In this document: piece after piece, positions 37,511 to 50,801 of the stretch
How the letters are laid out: each line of letters begins with the position of its first letter
Numbering within the stretch: the first letter of the stretch is position 1
NCBI GenBank assembly: GCA_028023455.1
Contig: JAQFVV010000008.1
Coordinates: forward strand, 12,276,001-12,340,000
DNA: 64,000 bases
Direction of reading: 5' to 3'
Source of the DNA: Epiperipatus broadwayi
Lineage: Eukaryota; Animalia; Onychophora
The notes under the pieces: generated by a model
The model's input: only the letters and a program-made list of their open reading frames with translations
Database searches by the model: none
Told to the model about the DNA's origin: nothing
Made by a program: the position numbers and the translations under genes

Positions 37511-39949
37511 AATTACCTGATGTAATTATTATTTATATTGAAAACATATAATGTAAATAAATGTTCAGATAATCGTTTACAATTTTCCAAGTAATGAGAT
37601 AAGGCTCCATAGAGCGAAATAAATATTCAAGTAAAGCTATAGCTTAATTTCTTGTTCTAATTTTTATAAATTTGTCAAAAAATAATGATAGTAATTTGTT
37701 TTGTTAAGTTAAAATGGATCCTTAAAAATTACAAGGCTAAGATGATAATGGTTATGACTGTAATATTTGGATACATTCTCTTTTTAAATTATTAATAAAT
37801 TTCATTTGAATGTGTATGTGAGAATGCTGTGTTGTTTATAATGTTTTTTTGTTTATAATTTAGAGTAATGAAATAAGAAATGATATACAGCTTCTTTATT
37901 TTTGCCAAGTAGTGGACATATGACATTAATATTAGAGAGCTTCATCCTAACTAAAGTGAACAAATTATTAGAAAGTGCATTGAGATTTTAACTAAACATT
38001 CAAAATAACTAGTTCTAAACTTTTTAATATTTTTAATATTCAGGAGATTATTGATTGCAAATATTGAGTAAGAAGGATCTCTGGAGTTTGTTGAATGGCT
38101 ATTTTGTAAATTTGTTTTCAAATAAGAAGTAGATATTAATGAATTTATGTATATTGTTAATTATATTAAATACATTAGACTACACTGTCGATGTTATTTC
38201 TATTATCTCATATATAACTAGAAATCGCTTTAAAACATAAATAGAACTTTGTAAATAAATAATGAGAATAGAAAGAAGTACTTCACCGAATTTATATGTC
38301 TCTGCATTTTATTGAATGAAACTACATCTTTCTTGTTCCAAGATAAATGAATGCATAAAGTAAATTAATCTTTTTAATGACAGATATATTTTTGTTAAAG
38401 AGATAATAATCGTTTGAATTCGTATTAGTAGCTGGTTTTGAAAATTGGTTTTGAGATAATTAGATGCTAGATGAATGGGGAAAGCCTAGAAACCATATTG
38501 GGAAGTCTATCAAATTGAAAATTTATTAGTTTGAATTAAAAATAGTATTCTATATCTAATAAAAAGTTTAGATAGAAATGTTTTGGAAAAAAGAATGATT
38601 AGAACATCAGTGATGCACACCAGTATTTCCCACCTTTTTGAAAAGATGATACTCTTGACCTCCACTCTTAATAGCTCACAGTATCCTCTAAGAAAGCCCA
38701 TATTTTTTAAAAAAAATGACTTTCTAACTATTGGTTATATGAAGGACATAACAGTTTATTTCTGTTAAGTTTGTATTTGTTCATTAATTAATGATGCAAA
38801 AATGAATATAATTTAAACTAATTAAATTATGACATCTTTAATAGTGCTGTGTTCTGATACAAAATTAAAAAAACAACAACTTATAGTTTCTTTACAAAGT
38901 AATATGAAAAATTAATCCAATCTTGTTACTAATACATGTTCTACTGTTTTATAAATGTAAAATTGAAATGAGAGTTTATGTTATTAGTTTTAATGTATGC
39001 ATAAAGTTCATCATTGAGAACAAAAATGTGATTTCTATATTTGCAATTCATTTGAAAATTTGATAATATTTATATTTTTACTTCTACATCTTGAGGTACC
39101 TCTAGGAAGGTTCTACTTCAGGATATTATGGTTTATTATAATATTTATAAAAATGGGATTTGAATTCCAGACAGATCACACTCAATTCTTTTTAGTAAGA
39201 GATTATATAAGTAATGACTAGAAGAGAGCTCAAAAAGCAACCCTGAGAGATTGAGTTGTTAGTTGTAAAACTAGGTAATATTTTTTCATTCAATATAATA
39301 TGCATTTTCCAATTTATAAGAAGGTTGGTGATTAGATAAAAAAAATGGAAATGTTTTCTTGTTGTAAAACATTAATATGTTTGGGGATGGGAATTAAATT
39401 AAAGTTTAAAATTGTATTTTTTAATATGATCACTTGATTCTTCCAGCTAATTGCAATATGATCTAGCAATCTTTTTTTTATTTCTCTATTACTCTATCAC
39501 CATCTATTGTGAAGTTTGTATAATCAGTGTTTATTATATAGTAGTACAGTTTAGAAATTGCTACTCCTAGATTAGGTTCTACCTTTTACTTTTATCAATG
39601 AGGACTTGGGATTTAAAGATGGAATCAATGCTTAATAAATGGAGACAGAATAGCAGATAGAGACATATTACTGTTATTTTTATGATTAATTATGATTAAA
39701 AATTAAGATCCATCACTGATGGCAAGCAAAATTGTATGTCTTTGTCAATGATGCACATGATCTTATATTTTACCCGTGCATGTTTAAACTAGAATTGATA
39801 AAGTTTTTGTATAAATATGTCAGCAGAGTTTTAGATTTTGTGAACCAAGAGAATAATAATAAAGTAATGATAGGTTTATAGATACACAATAAATATTTTG
39901 CAAATAATTTTATCGTTGAATGCAAGCATCATTTCCAGCAGTCATATTC

Positions 39950-40830
39950 CAAAGATAGGTTCTCAGTGTCATCTTGGGTACTTTCTTCTTGAACTCTTAT
40001 CATTTGCTTTGTTCATCAAAAGTTCATAGTTACCTTTTATTTAACATAGTCTACCAACATTCTATTTCTCCTTCTCTAATCTCTCCAATTGTAACATCTT
40101 TCTCACAATTCCTATATCACTCAGCATATATCCAATCTACTTCCTCTTTTTTTATTAATCTTTTTTTTTATCAAAATTCCACTTATCTATTTCTATCTCT
40201 ATTTTAACATTGTAATTTTAACTTATTCTTCCATTTGCTGCCAAATTCATATCTCTGGAAATGAAGTAACTATTCTGTATAAAACAACATTTTAGACAAA
40301 ATATTTACAATCTCTTTCTAGTTCCAATTTTAGAGATTTATAGAATAACTTATGATACTGCTTAATTGATTGTGTAGCCAGCACAAGTCTCATTCTAATT
40401 TTTTCTTTTACTTCTTTCATCATCAGGTAGACAATTTCTAACTTAAAAACACTAATCTGCTTTATAATTTTCTATCAACTGTCATTTTTAAAAGTTAAGT
40501 ACCCATTTTTTTTCATTGCTTTAGTATGAATCAACTTTATTCTGTTAACTTTATCGTCTCTATCCACAAGTACTGCTATATTATCAGCCAATGTTATAGA
40601 ACTAATCTAAGCTAATATTAAACAAGAGAAAGAATGTCCTTGTTTTAATATTTTCTTTTATCTACTGCTGAAAAAATATCATTTAGTTAAGCAAATGTTT
40701 TCTAATTTATATACGATTTTTAAACTTTTCTATTCTGATTCCCTTCCATACCTTTCTTCCTTAGATTATCCAACTTAACTATAACAAAGTTCTTTTCAAT
40801 AATAATAATAAAATAAATACTAATATCTTT
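39950..40830 (-). mobile_element. Degenerate LINE RT fragment
   Basis: Minus strand LKQGHSFSCLI (RQG..LSP.LF-like), LADNIAVL (FADD-like), F.YLG-type segment, and downstream thumb-like sequence. Confidence 0.6.
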
Positions 40831-41339
40831 CTAGATATTTATCAATAGTTAAATATTTTATATCTCTATCTTCTTTAAATTCAAGATGTCTTCAGATAAA
40901 AGCAGTAAACATTTTATGACAGTTCATTGTTTAACAAATTGTAAAAAAAAGGCATTATATACACAAAAATTTTATTGTGTGGGTTACAGAAAGGAATTTT
41001 CTGTTAACTGAAAAGAGACTCTTTGATTCCTTTTTGAGGTCTTAAAAAATTTGAGAAGGGTAAATTTCTAATGTTCATTCCACACCAACATGCTTTAGTC
41101 ATCCTGGAGAATTTATTGACTTAATCTCTGAGTTTAAGATAAAGAAACACCATGGTTTTTTTTCTCAGTTTCCTGATAGTTCTTAAATGAACTATTAGTT
41201 GAATTTCCTTAAAGTCAGTATGAATGTGTGTGTGTGTGAATGATCCATTTTTAAATAGATATAAAGACAAAACTAACTGTTGGCCCTTATTTTCAGGAGC
41301 CTGTAAAGTTACTAGCCAAGGCAGCAGCTAGTCACTAAA

Positions 41340-44071
41340 GATGAAGGGTACTAAAAAACTCTTGTTTAAAGATTCAGACACCCATTTAGGTACCTATAAC
41401 TGAAAATCACTTTAAAATAAAGAAAGATTGTATAAATTAGAAGAAAAAAACTAAATCTTAAGTTGTTGGATTTCATGAAGTTAGAAGAAAGGTAAAGGGC
41501 AAATGATTTAAAAAGTAGATATGTATTTTATTACAAAAACAAATTTTGGAAGCACAAGTGGAATAGGATTTTTTACAAATAAAAAATGAAAGAATAATAC
41601 TATGGGCAAAGATATTATATAAGACAGAATGGCAAGATTACTTATTTATATAATAGAAGATATCAAATGGGGTTAATTAAGGTTTATGTCCTATAAGTTC
41701 TCATTGTGCTGAAGAAGTAGAAGATTTTTAGACCAAACAGCATTTTACAATTGTCATAGGAGATTTGAATGCTAGAATTGGTAACAATTAAATGATGAAA
41801 ATACTGTGAATAAATTGGACACAGACTTGTAGAGTTCTCAGAAAAAGAAAATTTGCTTATTATGAATTTTTTTTTTTAAAAAAAATTCGATATTGAAATA
41901 AACACAAAATCTTCCAAATGAATGTACATAAAATTGTCTTATATTTTGATCACTAGAAAATCCATATTTTAAGATTGTAAAGTTCTTAATAGATTTAATA
42001 GATGAACTAATAATCAATTACTGAGATATAAAATAAGCTAATTAGAAACATGAAAACTATTAAGAAAGTTAATAGTAACAGTTGATATTCATTATCTTCA
42101 GAAATATTCCATTGAATTAAAATTAGAATTTTCAATTTGTTTTAAATTATTAACAGACTTTAAAGCTGGTTCAGACTTGGCTGTAATCAATAAAAAGGTA
42201 AATAATACTCTGTGAAGAAGTGTAACAAAGATAGCTGGTAAAAAAAAGCAGCAATTAACTAGTAAATTTTCTACTGAGACAAAATAATGAATGAAGAAAA
42301 GAATATATGAATTTTTTTAAAAAATGATTCATTAAGAAGAAATCATATCCAGAGTTTTATAAAATGGTATGAAAAAAAAGTTACTAATGGTAAAAGAAAA
42401 TATAATTGTGAATTGGCATAGAAAGTTATAGAAAGGACTACAAATTTCAAAAATATAAAACAACACCTTGGTAATGGAAGGTATGTTATTTAAGTGATAA
42501 GAAGATGGAATTATTACGAAAAAGAAATGACATCATGAAATGTGTAGAAGAGTTCTATAAAGAATTATTTACTAATAAAGAATATGAAAACAAAATACCC
42601 CCTACAGTTATTTTACCCAAATTTCCTAGCATTTTAAATGAATAAGTGAGACATGCAATTAAATATATATATAAATAGGAAAAAAACTCCAGAAAATGAT
42701 GGAATTATTTATATTTTAGAAGAAGCAGTTGAAGAAGTAGAAAAATTGTTGGCAAAATTATATATAAAATATCTTGATAATAAAGATGTACCAAATAATT
42801 AGAAGAATTCAGTAGTAATATTAATATTTAAAAAAAGATGATAGATAGAAATTGTAGACCTATCATTTTTTTATCAATTCTATACAAAATCTTTACCAAA
42901 ATAATTATAACTTGTTTACAGAAAACTTGGGATTCTAATCAATTAAAAGAACAAGTTGGATTCAAAAGTGGTTTTAGCACAGTGGATATTTAATGTATTG
43001 AGAGAAAGTATAGAAAGGACCAATGAATATGAATTGCAATTAGTTCTTTGGATTCATAGATTATGAAAAGGCATTTAATTCCATAAGTATTTCCATAATG
43101 ATTAAAGTTTTGAATTATCAAGTTATAATCCGGAAATATATTCTGAAGAATATTTATCAAAATGCAATAGCAGTGACTATATTATATATGGCACTAAGAT
43201 TAACATTGATAATGATGTATAACAGAGTGATTCCATATTTTCTAAACTTTTTATAGCAAATTAATATGAAGTATTTTGTGGATTAAAATTGATAGCTAAG
43301 AGATGAAAAGTAAACAGAGATTATTTAAGTTATCTAGTTTTGCAGATGATGTGATTGTTTTTGCAAATAATGCTTCAATACTTCAGGAAATGTTGCAAGA
43401 GTTATCAGATGAAAGTAAGAAAGTAGGATGATAAAAAGACTAAAGGAACTTTCAATGAATTTTATCAGAAGTAAATAAAGTATTGATAATTATGAATTAG
43501 AAATAGTTAACAACTACAAATATCTTGGTTATATTATTAATACAGAAGAAAACATAATGGTTTTTATTAGTCAGAGAATTAAAGTTGGATGGCTTAATAT
43601 TAAAAGGGAAAATGTCTTTGTATTTGAAAAGGTTTTTAATAGATGTGTTTTACCAGTGTTTACTTATAAATCTGAGACTTGAACACTTAATAGAAAACAA
43701 TACAAAGATTTCAGACTGTTCAACAAATTATGAATAAGTATTATATTAGAAGTAACAAGAAAAGATTGAAAATTAAAAACACGAGTGAGAGAATAAACAG
43801 TTATTATTGAAACAATTAAGAAACAGAAATATATCTGAATGCACATATTTTTGTAAGAGATGATAAAAAATTGACAGGTGAAGTCATAAACTGGACATCA
43901 AGAGATTGTAAAAGACCTAGAAAAAGAATACATATTAGATGGGTGAATGAAAACAGAAAGTTTTCTGGTTAATTATGTAGAAAAAAGGCTAAATATCTGA
44001 GCAAGTGGATTAAACTTGGATAGATTTTTATTTTGCACTGATTCAATAATGATTGATAATGATGATGATTT
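41340..44071 (+). mobile_element. RTE-clade LINE (APE endonuclease + RT), near full ORF2, pseudogenised
   Basis: LGTYN, VVGFHEVRR, IVIGDLNARIG (APE); CRPII, EQVGFKSGFSTVD, FIDYEKAF, FADDVIV, YKYLG (RT); ends in gataatgatgatgat tail. Confidence 0.92.
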
Positions 44072-44328
44072 ATTATGTGCTATAAGATAAAAGAGAGATT
44101 AGGAAAAATTAAACATTAATGCAAGAGAAATCATTGTGGTATACATTTTATAAAAAAAAAAGACCAAATAAGTTAATTAAAATCATTGTTTAAAGTTAAA
44201 GATATGTTTTTGATCATTTCGATTATTTATTTGCTGCTTAAGTAAATTGTTTTGATTATAAATGTTTTTAATTATTATTTTGTATTTTTAAAGAAAAACA
44301 GTTTGTTAGTTATATTACTTTATTAATA

Positions 44329-44969
44329 TTAAACAAGGCAAAACTATCCATACAGTAGTGCCACCCTATGCCAACCAGAGTAATCAATGGATGCCAGAAG
44401 GTTTGTACATAAAATCCCTATCTAGTGCCTATTCATCCAATATCCCCAGACTAATTTAATAATAGTTATGTGCTAGTATAAGAGATAGTGATCATGTGAT
44501 GTTTAGTGGTTTAACACCAATCCTGCCTAATAGGGTAGTGATAGCTATGGTTGTTAAAAAGCCAAAGACACCAAAATGTATGGGTGCTGAACTGAGTTCA
44601 GACCCATATGACTATATAAGCTATTGAGCTTAGATTGAAAATCATATTGTGTTTTCAATTTCATTCTCATAGTTTTGTAGTTAAGTAGAGATAAAAGGTA
44701 CCTGATGCAGGGTTGCATTAGAACCTAAGATCTAGGCGCAGTACTCTCAGATCCAAGGCTTCTCACTGACGAAGGTCACAAGCCAGAAACTAGTCTGGGG
44801 ATATTGGACAAGTAGGCACTAGATAGGGATTTTAAGCACAAGCCTTCTGGCATCCATTGATTACTCTGGTTGGCACAGGGTGGCACTACTGTATGGAGAG
44901 TTTTGTCCTGTTTAATAGCAATTATGTGCTAGTATAAGAGATAGTGATCATGTGTATGTTTAGTGGTTT
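44329..44969. mobile_element. HHR-family A locus: inverted partial copy followed by ~1.1 forward monomers (period 456 bp)
   Basis: 44329-44455 is the reverse complement of 44790-44914. ttatgtgctagtataagagatagtgatcatgtg occurs at 44466 and 44922. The segment 44587-44660 is homologous to family B (cccatatRgctat...ttgaa). Confidence 0.9.
44751..44808 (+). ncRNA. Type I minimal hammerhead ribozyme, all core nucleotides intact, non-canonical stem II base
   Basis: ATCCAA-ggc-TTCTCA | CTGACGA | A-GGT-CACAA-GCC-A | GAAA | CTAG | TC | TGGGGA-ta-TTGGA: 6 bp stem I plus extension, palindromic stem III ACTAGT, GUC triplet. Confidence 0.88.
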
Positions 44970-45763
44970 TATTAATATTACTTTTAACTAATTATGGTGT
45001 TGACCATAATTATTCTTTTGTGGATTAGTAATAATTAAAATTAGAGCATCAGGAAAGACATGAACAGGCCCACTATCAACACCATATTTAATAAAGAGGA
45101 AAAAGGGGAGAAGATTGTAAAGATTGAAATTATGCCTGAACCAATGTTTCTTACTGTTTTGTCATAATTGTGAGGAACAAACTGCAGTAGTTTATAAATC
45201 TCTAGTATCTAAAAGTTTACTTTTTATGAGGCAATTTGTGCAGTTGCTAAATGGATCACATAAATACAACTAACTGGAAGACTATGGATTATGTACAATT
45301 GAATTGGTGTTGACATTTGTTTTGTTTTTTTGACTGATTGCAATGGACATTTCTGATAAATATATTAAAAATGAATCAATAAAAAAATGTATGCTAAGAT
45401 CGTTGGTTCATCTATAACTTGGTTTTATTCCAAATATTATTGATAAATTAGGATGACAATCATACAATATAACTGATGCAACTATCATATAATATATCAC
45501 TAAAATAACATCACTTTATTCTAATGTGTTTCATCTTTAATACATAGAATATTTATAATGGTTGTACTATATTATTTTAACAACCTCATTTTTTTGTGTC
45601 AATTTCCATTATTGATTTATTAGCTATTGTGTAGAGAAATTCCTTGTGTTAATTTGTAAGAAAATAATCATATCATATGTTGGAAAATGTTCATGTTATT
45701 GACTTTGAGTCCATTAAATGTTGTGACTTTCAAAAAAATTAAGATATTTTAACAAAGAACATG

Positions 45764-46000
45764 TTATTTGATTTGTGTCTTAGATAATAAAGAAAGAAAA
45801 GAATGTTCATTGCCTTGCATATATGCATCAAGGTTTTTAAATAATAGCATAACAATATAATGGGTAATACATTTATCTCCTATATCCATGATCTGAGATT
45901 CAAATCTAGGTAAAAAAAAATTTTTTTCAATTAGATGGAATCTTATAAACAAGGCTAGAATTTGTTTAGATGGTTTTTCATTGGCAACCCAGTTTGCCAT
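45764..46000 (-). mobile_element. Possible Penelope-like GIY-YIG endonuclease relic
   Basis: Minus strand NSSLVYKIPSN*KKF resembles the PLE motif S.VVY.IPC.C...YIG. The C-terminal NLDAYMQGNEHSFLSLLS resembles the LEA..I end. Frameshifted. Confidence 0.3.
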
Positions 46001-46651
46001 CCAATTATTGTTCTATAAATGAGTCTAACTATTTTTAGCTGGTGGATAAATATTATATATTAGTATTTGTTGGTAAGATGAGTGTCAAAATACTAATAAT
46101 AAAACAAAATTTAGTTTTCACCATTGAATCTATGATTGAATCTATGATTTATCATTAATTTTTAGTAGAAGTTAAGATTCCATTAGTTTTATAAAGTGAA
46201 TTGATTTTGGTTTAACTTTTGAAACATAACTTCTCTTTTTTTATTGATTTATAATCTCTTCTAATAGTTTCATATTACTATTGAGTTTTATATGAGATTT
46301 TTGTAAAAAAAAATCTACTACAATATTATATATTTAAATCTAACTACAATATTATAAAATTATATTCTTATATATATATATATACAATGCTAGCAATAAA
46401 AAAAGGCACAATCAGAATTTGAACATATATATACGATAGTTTACTAAAGTATTTTGTAGGTTATGAGTTGCATACAACTCATACTAAGATTACTTGCAGT
46501 TTCTTTTGTTCAGATAAATTATCAAATAAAAAAAAATATTAAAAAAAAAGAAATTAATTTTTATTCAAAATAAATATTTAGTTTTTAATATCATCAAAAA
46601 TGGACATGAATGATATCCATTATGCTGTTGTTGTTTTTTCACATAAATTAT

Positions 46652-47222
46652 AGTAAATAATAAAAAATCATATATGCCAGCTATATATATATATTACAAT
46701 TATACATAAAAAGCCTTTCGTATATGGTTTTGTGTACTTTTCAAATGTTAAATATCTATCTTAACTTGCATATGCAACACCATCTAGTGTTCTATAAAGG
46801 AAGTAAAATAACTAATAAAGTAAAACATCAATAAAACAAAATAAAATTATAATATAGAAATTCAATATAAATTCACAGAATTGACCCTATGACATGACAA
46901 TAAACTGAATGGAAAATTATATAAGGTAATAATATATATATAAAATTGAATAGTGTATGTATTATTTATTATGTATATTGTTATGTTATGTAGTGAATTC
47001 TTTGAACTATAATTTTATTCTGTTTTATTTTGCTATAGTTATTTTATTTCCATTATAGAACACTAGATGGTATTCTATCTGCCATAATTGGTTAAAGTTA
47101 AAATAGGTACTTAATATTTGAAAAGAGTAGAAAACATATGCTGAAAAACGGCTTTTTATATACTATTATTATTAATATATAATTATATAGCTGTTGTATA
47201 TGATTTTTTATTATTTAGTTTT
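46652..47222. mobile_element. ~570 bp MITE-like long inverted repeat
   Basis: taaataataaaaaatcatata...cagctatata...aaaaagcc...ttttcaaat...accatctagtgttctataa on the left is mirrored by ttatagaacactagatggt...atttgaaaag...ggctttt...tatatagctg...tatatgattttttattattta on the right. Confidence 0.8.
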
Positions 47223-47249
47223 AAAAAATACAATTTTAAAAAATCGGAA

Positions 47250-47990
47250 AAGTGAATGGAAAATTAAGTCAGTAATAAGGTCAAATAAGGCAATTATCAA
47301 TTAGAGTTAGAACAAATATGATGAAAGATTGATAAGTTTTTTAAAAGAAAGATTTACAAATGGAAATATTTTAGATGACAAATATATATATTAATCAGAT
47401 TATATAATTGATCAAATTTAATTTGTTAAAATTAAGAATGCATCTGCATATTCTAGCTGATATAAATCTAGAACATAATTTAATACTGGCAGAATTAAAT
47501 CATGAAAGAGAAGTTTAATTAAAAAAAAAAAAATAGAGAAAACTACAGCCATACATTTAAATATATGAAGGATAAATGAACAAAAAGCTATAGTTTAATA
47601 ATGAGATTTTAATCAAATAATAGAGACATGCAAAATTATATATAGAAAGCACCACAATGAATAAAGATTACATTGAGATAGAAGAATTATAAAGATAGGC
47701 TTAATTTAATTTATTGTGGAATAAACCATTTTGGGAAGACAAGGCCGAGTCACAGGAATGAAGCCATTATGAGAAAATAGTAAGTTATTAGAGAGAATGC
47801 CTGTATTGAAAAGATAGATATGATTATATGGCGGAAATATTCATTTGTGTTAAAAAAAGCAGATAAGAATGAATTAGGCATTAGTGGAGAATTATACTAT
47901 AAAAGCTATTGTCTAGATAATGTCTGGAATGCACAGAAAATTGAATTATGGAAATTTTTGGAGATGAAGGACTCAGAAAATTAATTATGT
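47250..47990 (+). mobile_element. Probable decayed LINE 3' region
   Basis: Purine-rich coding-like texture with weak RTE C-terminal resemblance. No intact diagnostic motif. Confidence 0.25.
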
Positions 47991-48033
47991 TTGTAATGTA
48001 GAGTAGTAATTAATTTATTGAGTGCATAGAAAG

Positions 48034-48273
48034 CATATGTAAATACTTTAAACAGACTTTAACTTATATTCAATGTGCTTTAAAATTCATAATAATCCAG
48101 AATATCTTGCTGATAGAGGGACCTTCCAAACCATGATACAAGATATCTTTATAAAAGTTGTTGTTTTGTGTCGTGGTTTGGAAGGTTCCTCTATCGGCAA
48201 AATATGCTTTATTATTATGAATTTTAAAGTGCATTGAATACAGGTTAAAGCCTATTTAAAGTATTTACTTATG
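48034..48273. mobile_element. 240 bp MITE-like palindrome (~105 bp arms)
   Basis: catatgtaaatactttaaacagactttaac...ttcataataat...gatagagggaccttccaaaccatgatacaa is mirrored by ttgtgtcgtggtttggaaggttcctctatc...attattatgaa...gttaaagcctatttaaagtatttacttatg. Confidence 0.88.
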
Positions 48274-50801
48274 TTTGTAATATAATTTATGACTCATAAA
48301 ATTGATTAATAAATTTTGGGTTTTGTTTCAAAAGTTATGATTTCTCTAAACAAAAAGATAAAATTAGAATTTTAATCAATAATTTTAATGTCACATGCAA
48401 ATTATAATATTATTGAATATATTGAATAAATATTAGAATGTTTGTGCCTGAAGAATAGGATTTAGGAAGTGTAGAGGCACATTGTGACTTTTATAAACTC
48501 AGTATTTTCTTTATTGATTTTAAGAAGATTTTTAGTAAAATGAGTTGGATTATTCAGTTGGATATTTTGAACTAAAAAGATATAGTTTTAAAGAAGAAAT
48601 ACCTATTAGAAAATTTGTACCTGAATCATATTTCTAAAATTGAATACAGAACAAATAAAAACAGAAAAAAAGCATGTAAGATAAAAAATACTGTGTATAT
48701 TCTGCTTGATTTATTTTAAAAAAAAATTTAAATGAGTATTGTTTTGATAAGAATGGAGTAAGAAAGTTCCTAACATTTGTTATACTGATAATATGGTAAT
48801 GTTTGTTAACATGAGAATATGCTCAACAAAATATTAAAATAGGATTTATGAGACCCATAAAAATATGCAATAAAAATCAATATGTTTATACTTAAAGTAA
48901 GTATTATAAGTGAGAATAATAATAATACTGAAAAAGATTTAAAATAATATCAAGATATTTATACAATGATTGAAATATATATGTATCAATTATTGATTGA
49001 ATAAATGAACTTAAATGCTACTAAAAGTAATATGTAGTTGAAATTGAAAAACAAACAAAAAAAATATAATTGGACAAGAACCATAATAGAAATTAGTCTA
49101 AGTTTGAGATAAAAAATAATTAAGAAATTAAATCTATTAGCAAAAACATAGACTGACATTATTGTTAATAATTATGTAATAACCTCATATAACTTTAAAA
49201 TATTAGATATTATTTCTTTATATGCTAAATCCTTTTTTTTTAGCAAATAATTTTAAAAGATATAATTTTAGTAATGGTACATTGACCATTTCAATTTTCA
49301 TCTCACCATCTGCCATTGGTTTGCAATATTGTTAAATAGTATTATCTGGCAGAATTCAAATCTTTTCCAAATCAAAGTTTTTCTCATATATATGCACTAT
49401 AATTTTTCATCAATAGTACATCAAAAATAGAGTCATCCTTAATTTGATTTTGCTTCTTCGAAGATTTATTGATGCAATACTGTAGAAAGTTTTTCATAAA
49501 TTTTTCCGTAAAGCATATAAAATATCCAATCTGAATAATTTAACTAAAAAAAATTAGCGTTACCTTGAAGTTTTGCTATTATAAAATCTTGTTTGGTTTA
49601 GGGCAATAGAAGAATCATGGACCCCAGAATCAAAGTACATTCACTGTTGCCACAATTCTGTCACTTCTGCTGCTAGAACTGTTTGTGAACTCCTGAACAA
49701 TATACTATTCGATTATTTTATTGTTAAAAATGTTGAAAAAATTGACAAAATCTAAAAATTATAAAATGTGAATCTTACAAACAAAACTAAGCTTAACAAA
49801 ACTTTTTTTTTTCCATATTAATCCTGTTTCAATTTTAATGTCTAATTACAGTACTGTAAAATAAAGGCCTATATTAAAAAAAGATTCGATAATCAATCGT
49901 TTTGTGTTACCAAGCAGAAAAATATTGGATTGTTAATGCTTCATATTGAGTATTTATATATATATATATACACACACCCCTTTTATGCTTTAAATTATTT
50001 GATTTTTATGTATATATCGATAAACAATTGCTAAATATAGTTTGGGTTTCATTAATTGGCACACGATTTGACGCCAACTAGAGAGATTTAGCAAATAGTG
50101 TTGAATATTTATGTAAAAAATCATTTGTTAATTACGAATAAATGAATGACATCATTTTCACCTTTGATAATCTTTTTTATTATTACCATTGTAATATTTA
50201 GTTCTGGATAATCTATTATTCAATTAAGCCTTTATCCTTCTGACATAAAAACATATTTAATCCATTATGTAATTATTAGCTTTAGATGATTAAAATTCCT
50301 ATTTATTCAAGGTTATTTAGATATAGTATAGAGTGTGAATGAATGGGCTAATCATCATTTAAACATTCAAATATACTTTATATCATTATATTACTTTAAC
50401 AAAATAGGACTCAAGAATGAACAGAGTGCTTATTTTAATTAAGAATATTATTATTATACATAATATAATTCATATAAAATAGAAGGAAGGATGTTAATAA
50501 CACAGCACAATAATAATGTAGTTGATAATAAAAGACTCGGCCTTACTAAAAGGAGTAGATAAAAGATGCATTAAGACTTTTTTTTCTTTTTTGCAATGTG
50601 TGACAGATAAAGATTATAGGCAATTTTTAAGCATGTTGGTGCTTTTAACTATTTTAAAAGTTTTTTTAAATAAGGAAAATAAAAGCTATAATTATTACAA
50701 TGAAAATTAAAATTGCTAAACAAGCCTTTAATATGGATTGGATATTAATTTGTAATATATTAGAATTAGATTTCAGAACATAGATTTGATAATGTTTGTA
50801 G

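Noticed and set aside
48503-48541. TGTGC CTGAAGA...GAAG...GGCACA with apparent stem I pairing
   Set aside because: No UH triplet in register, GAAA altered and stem II poor.
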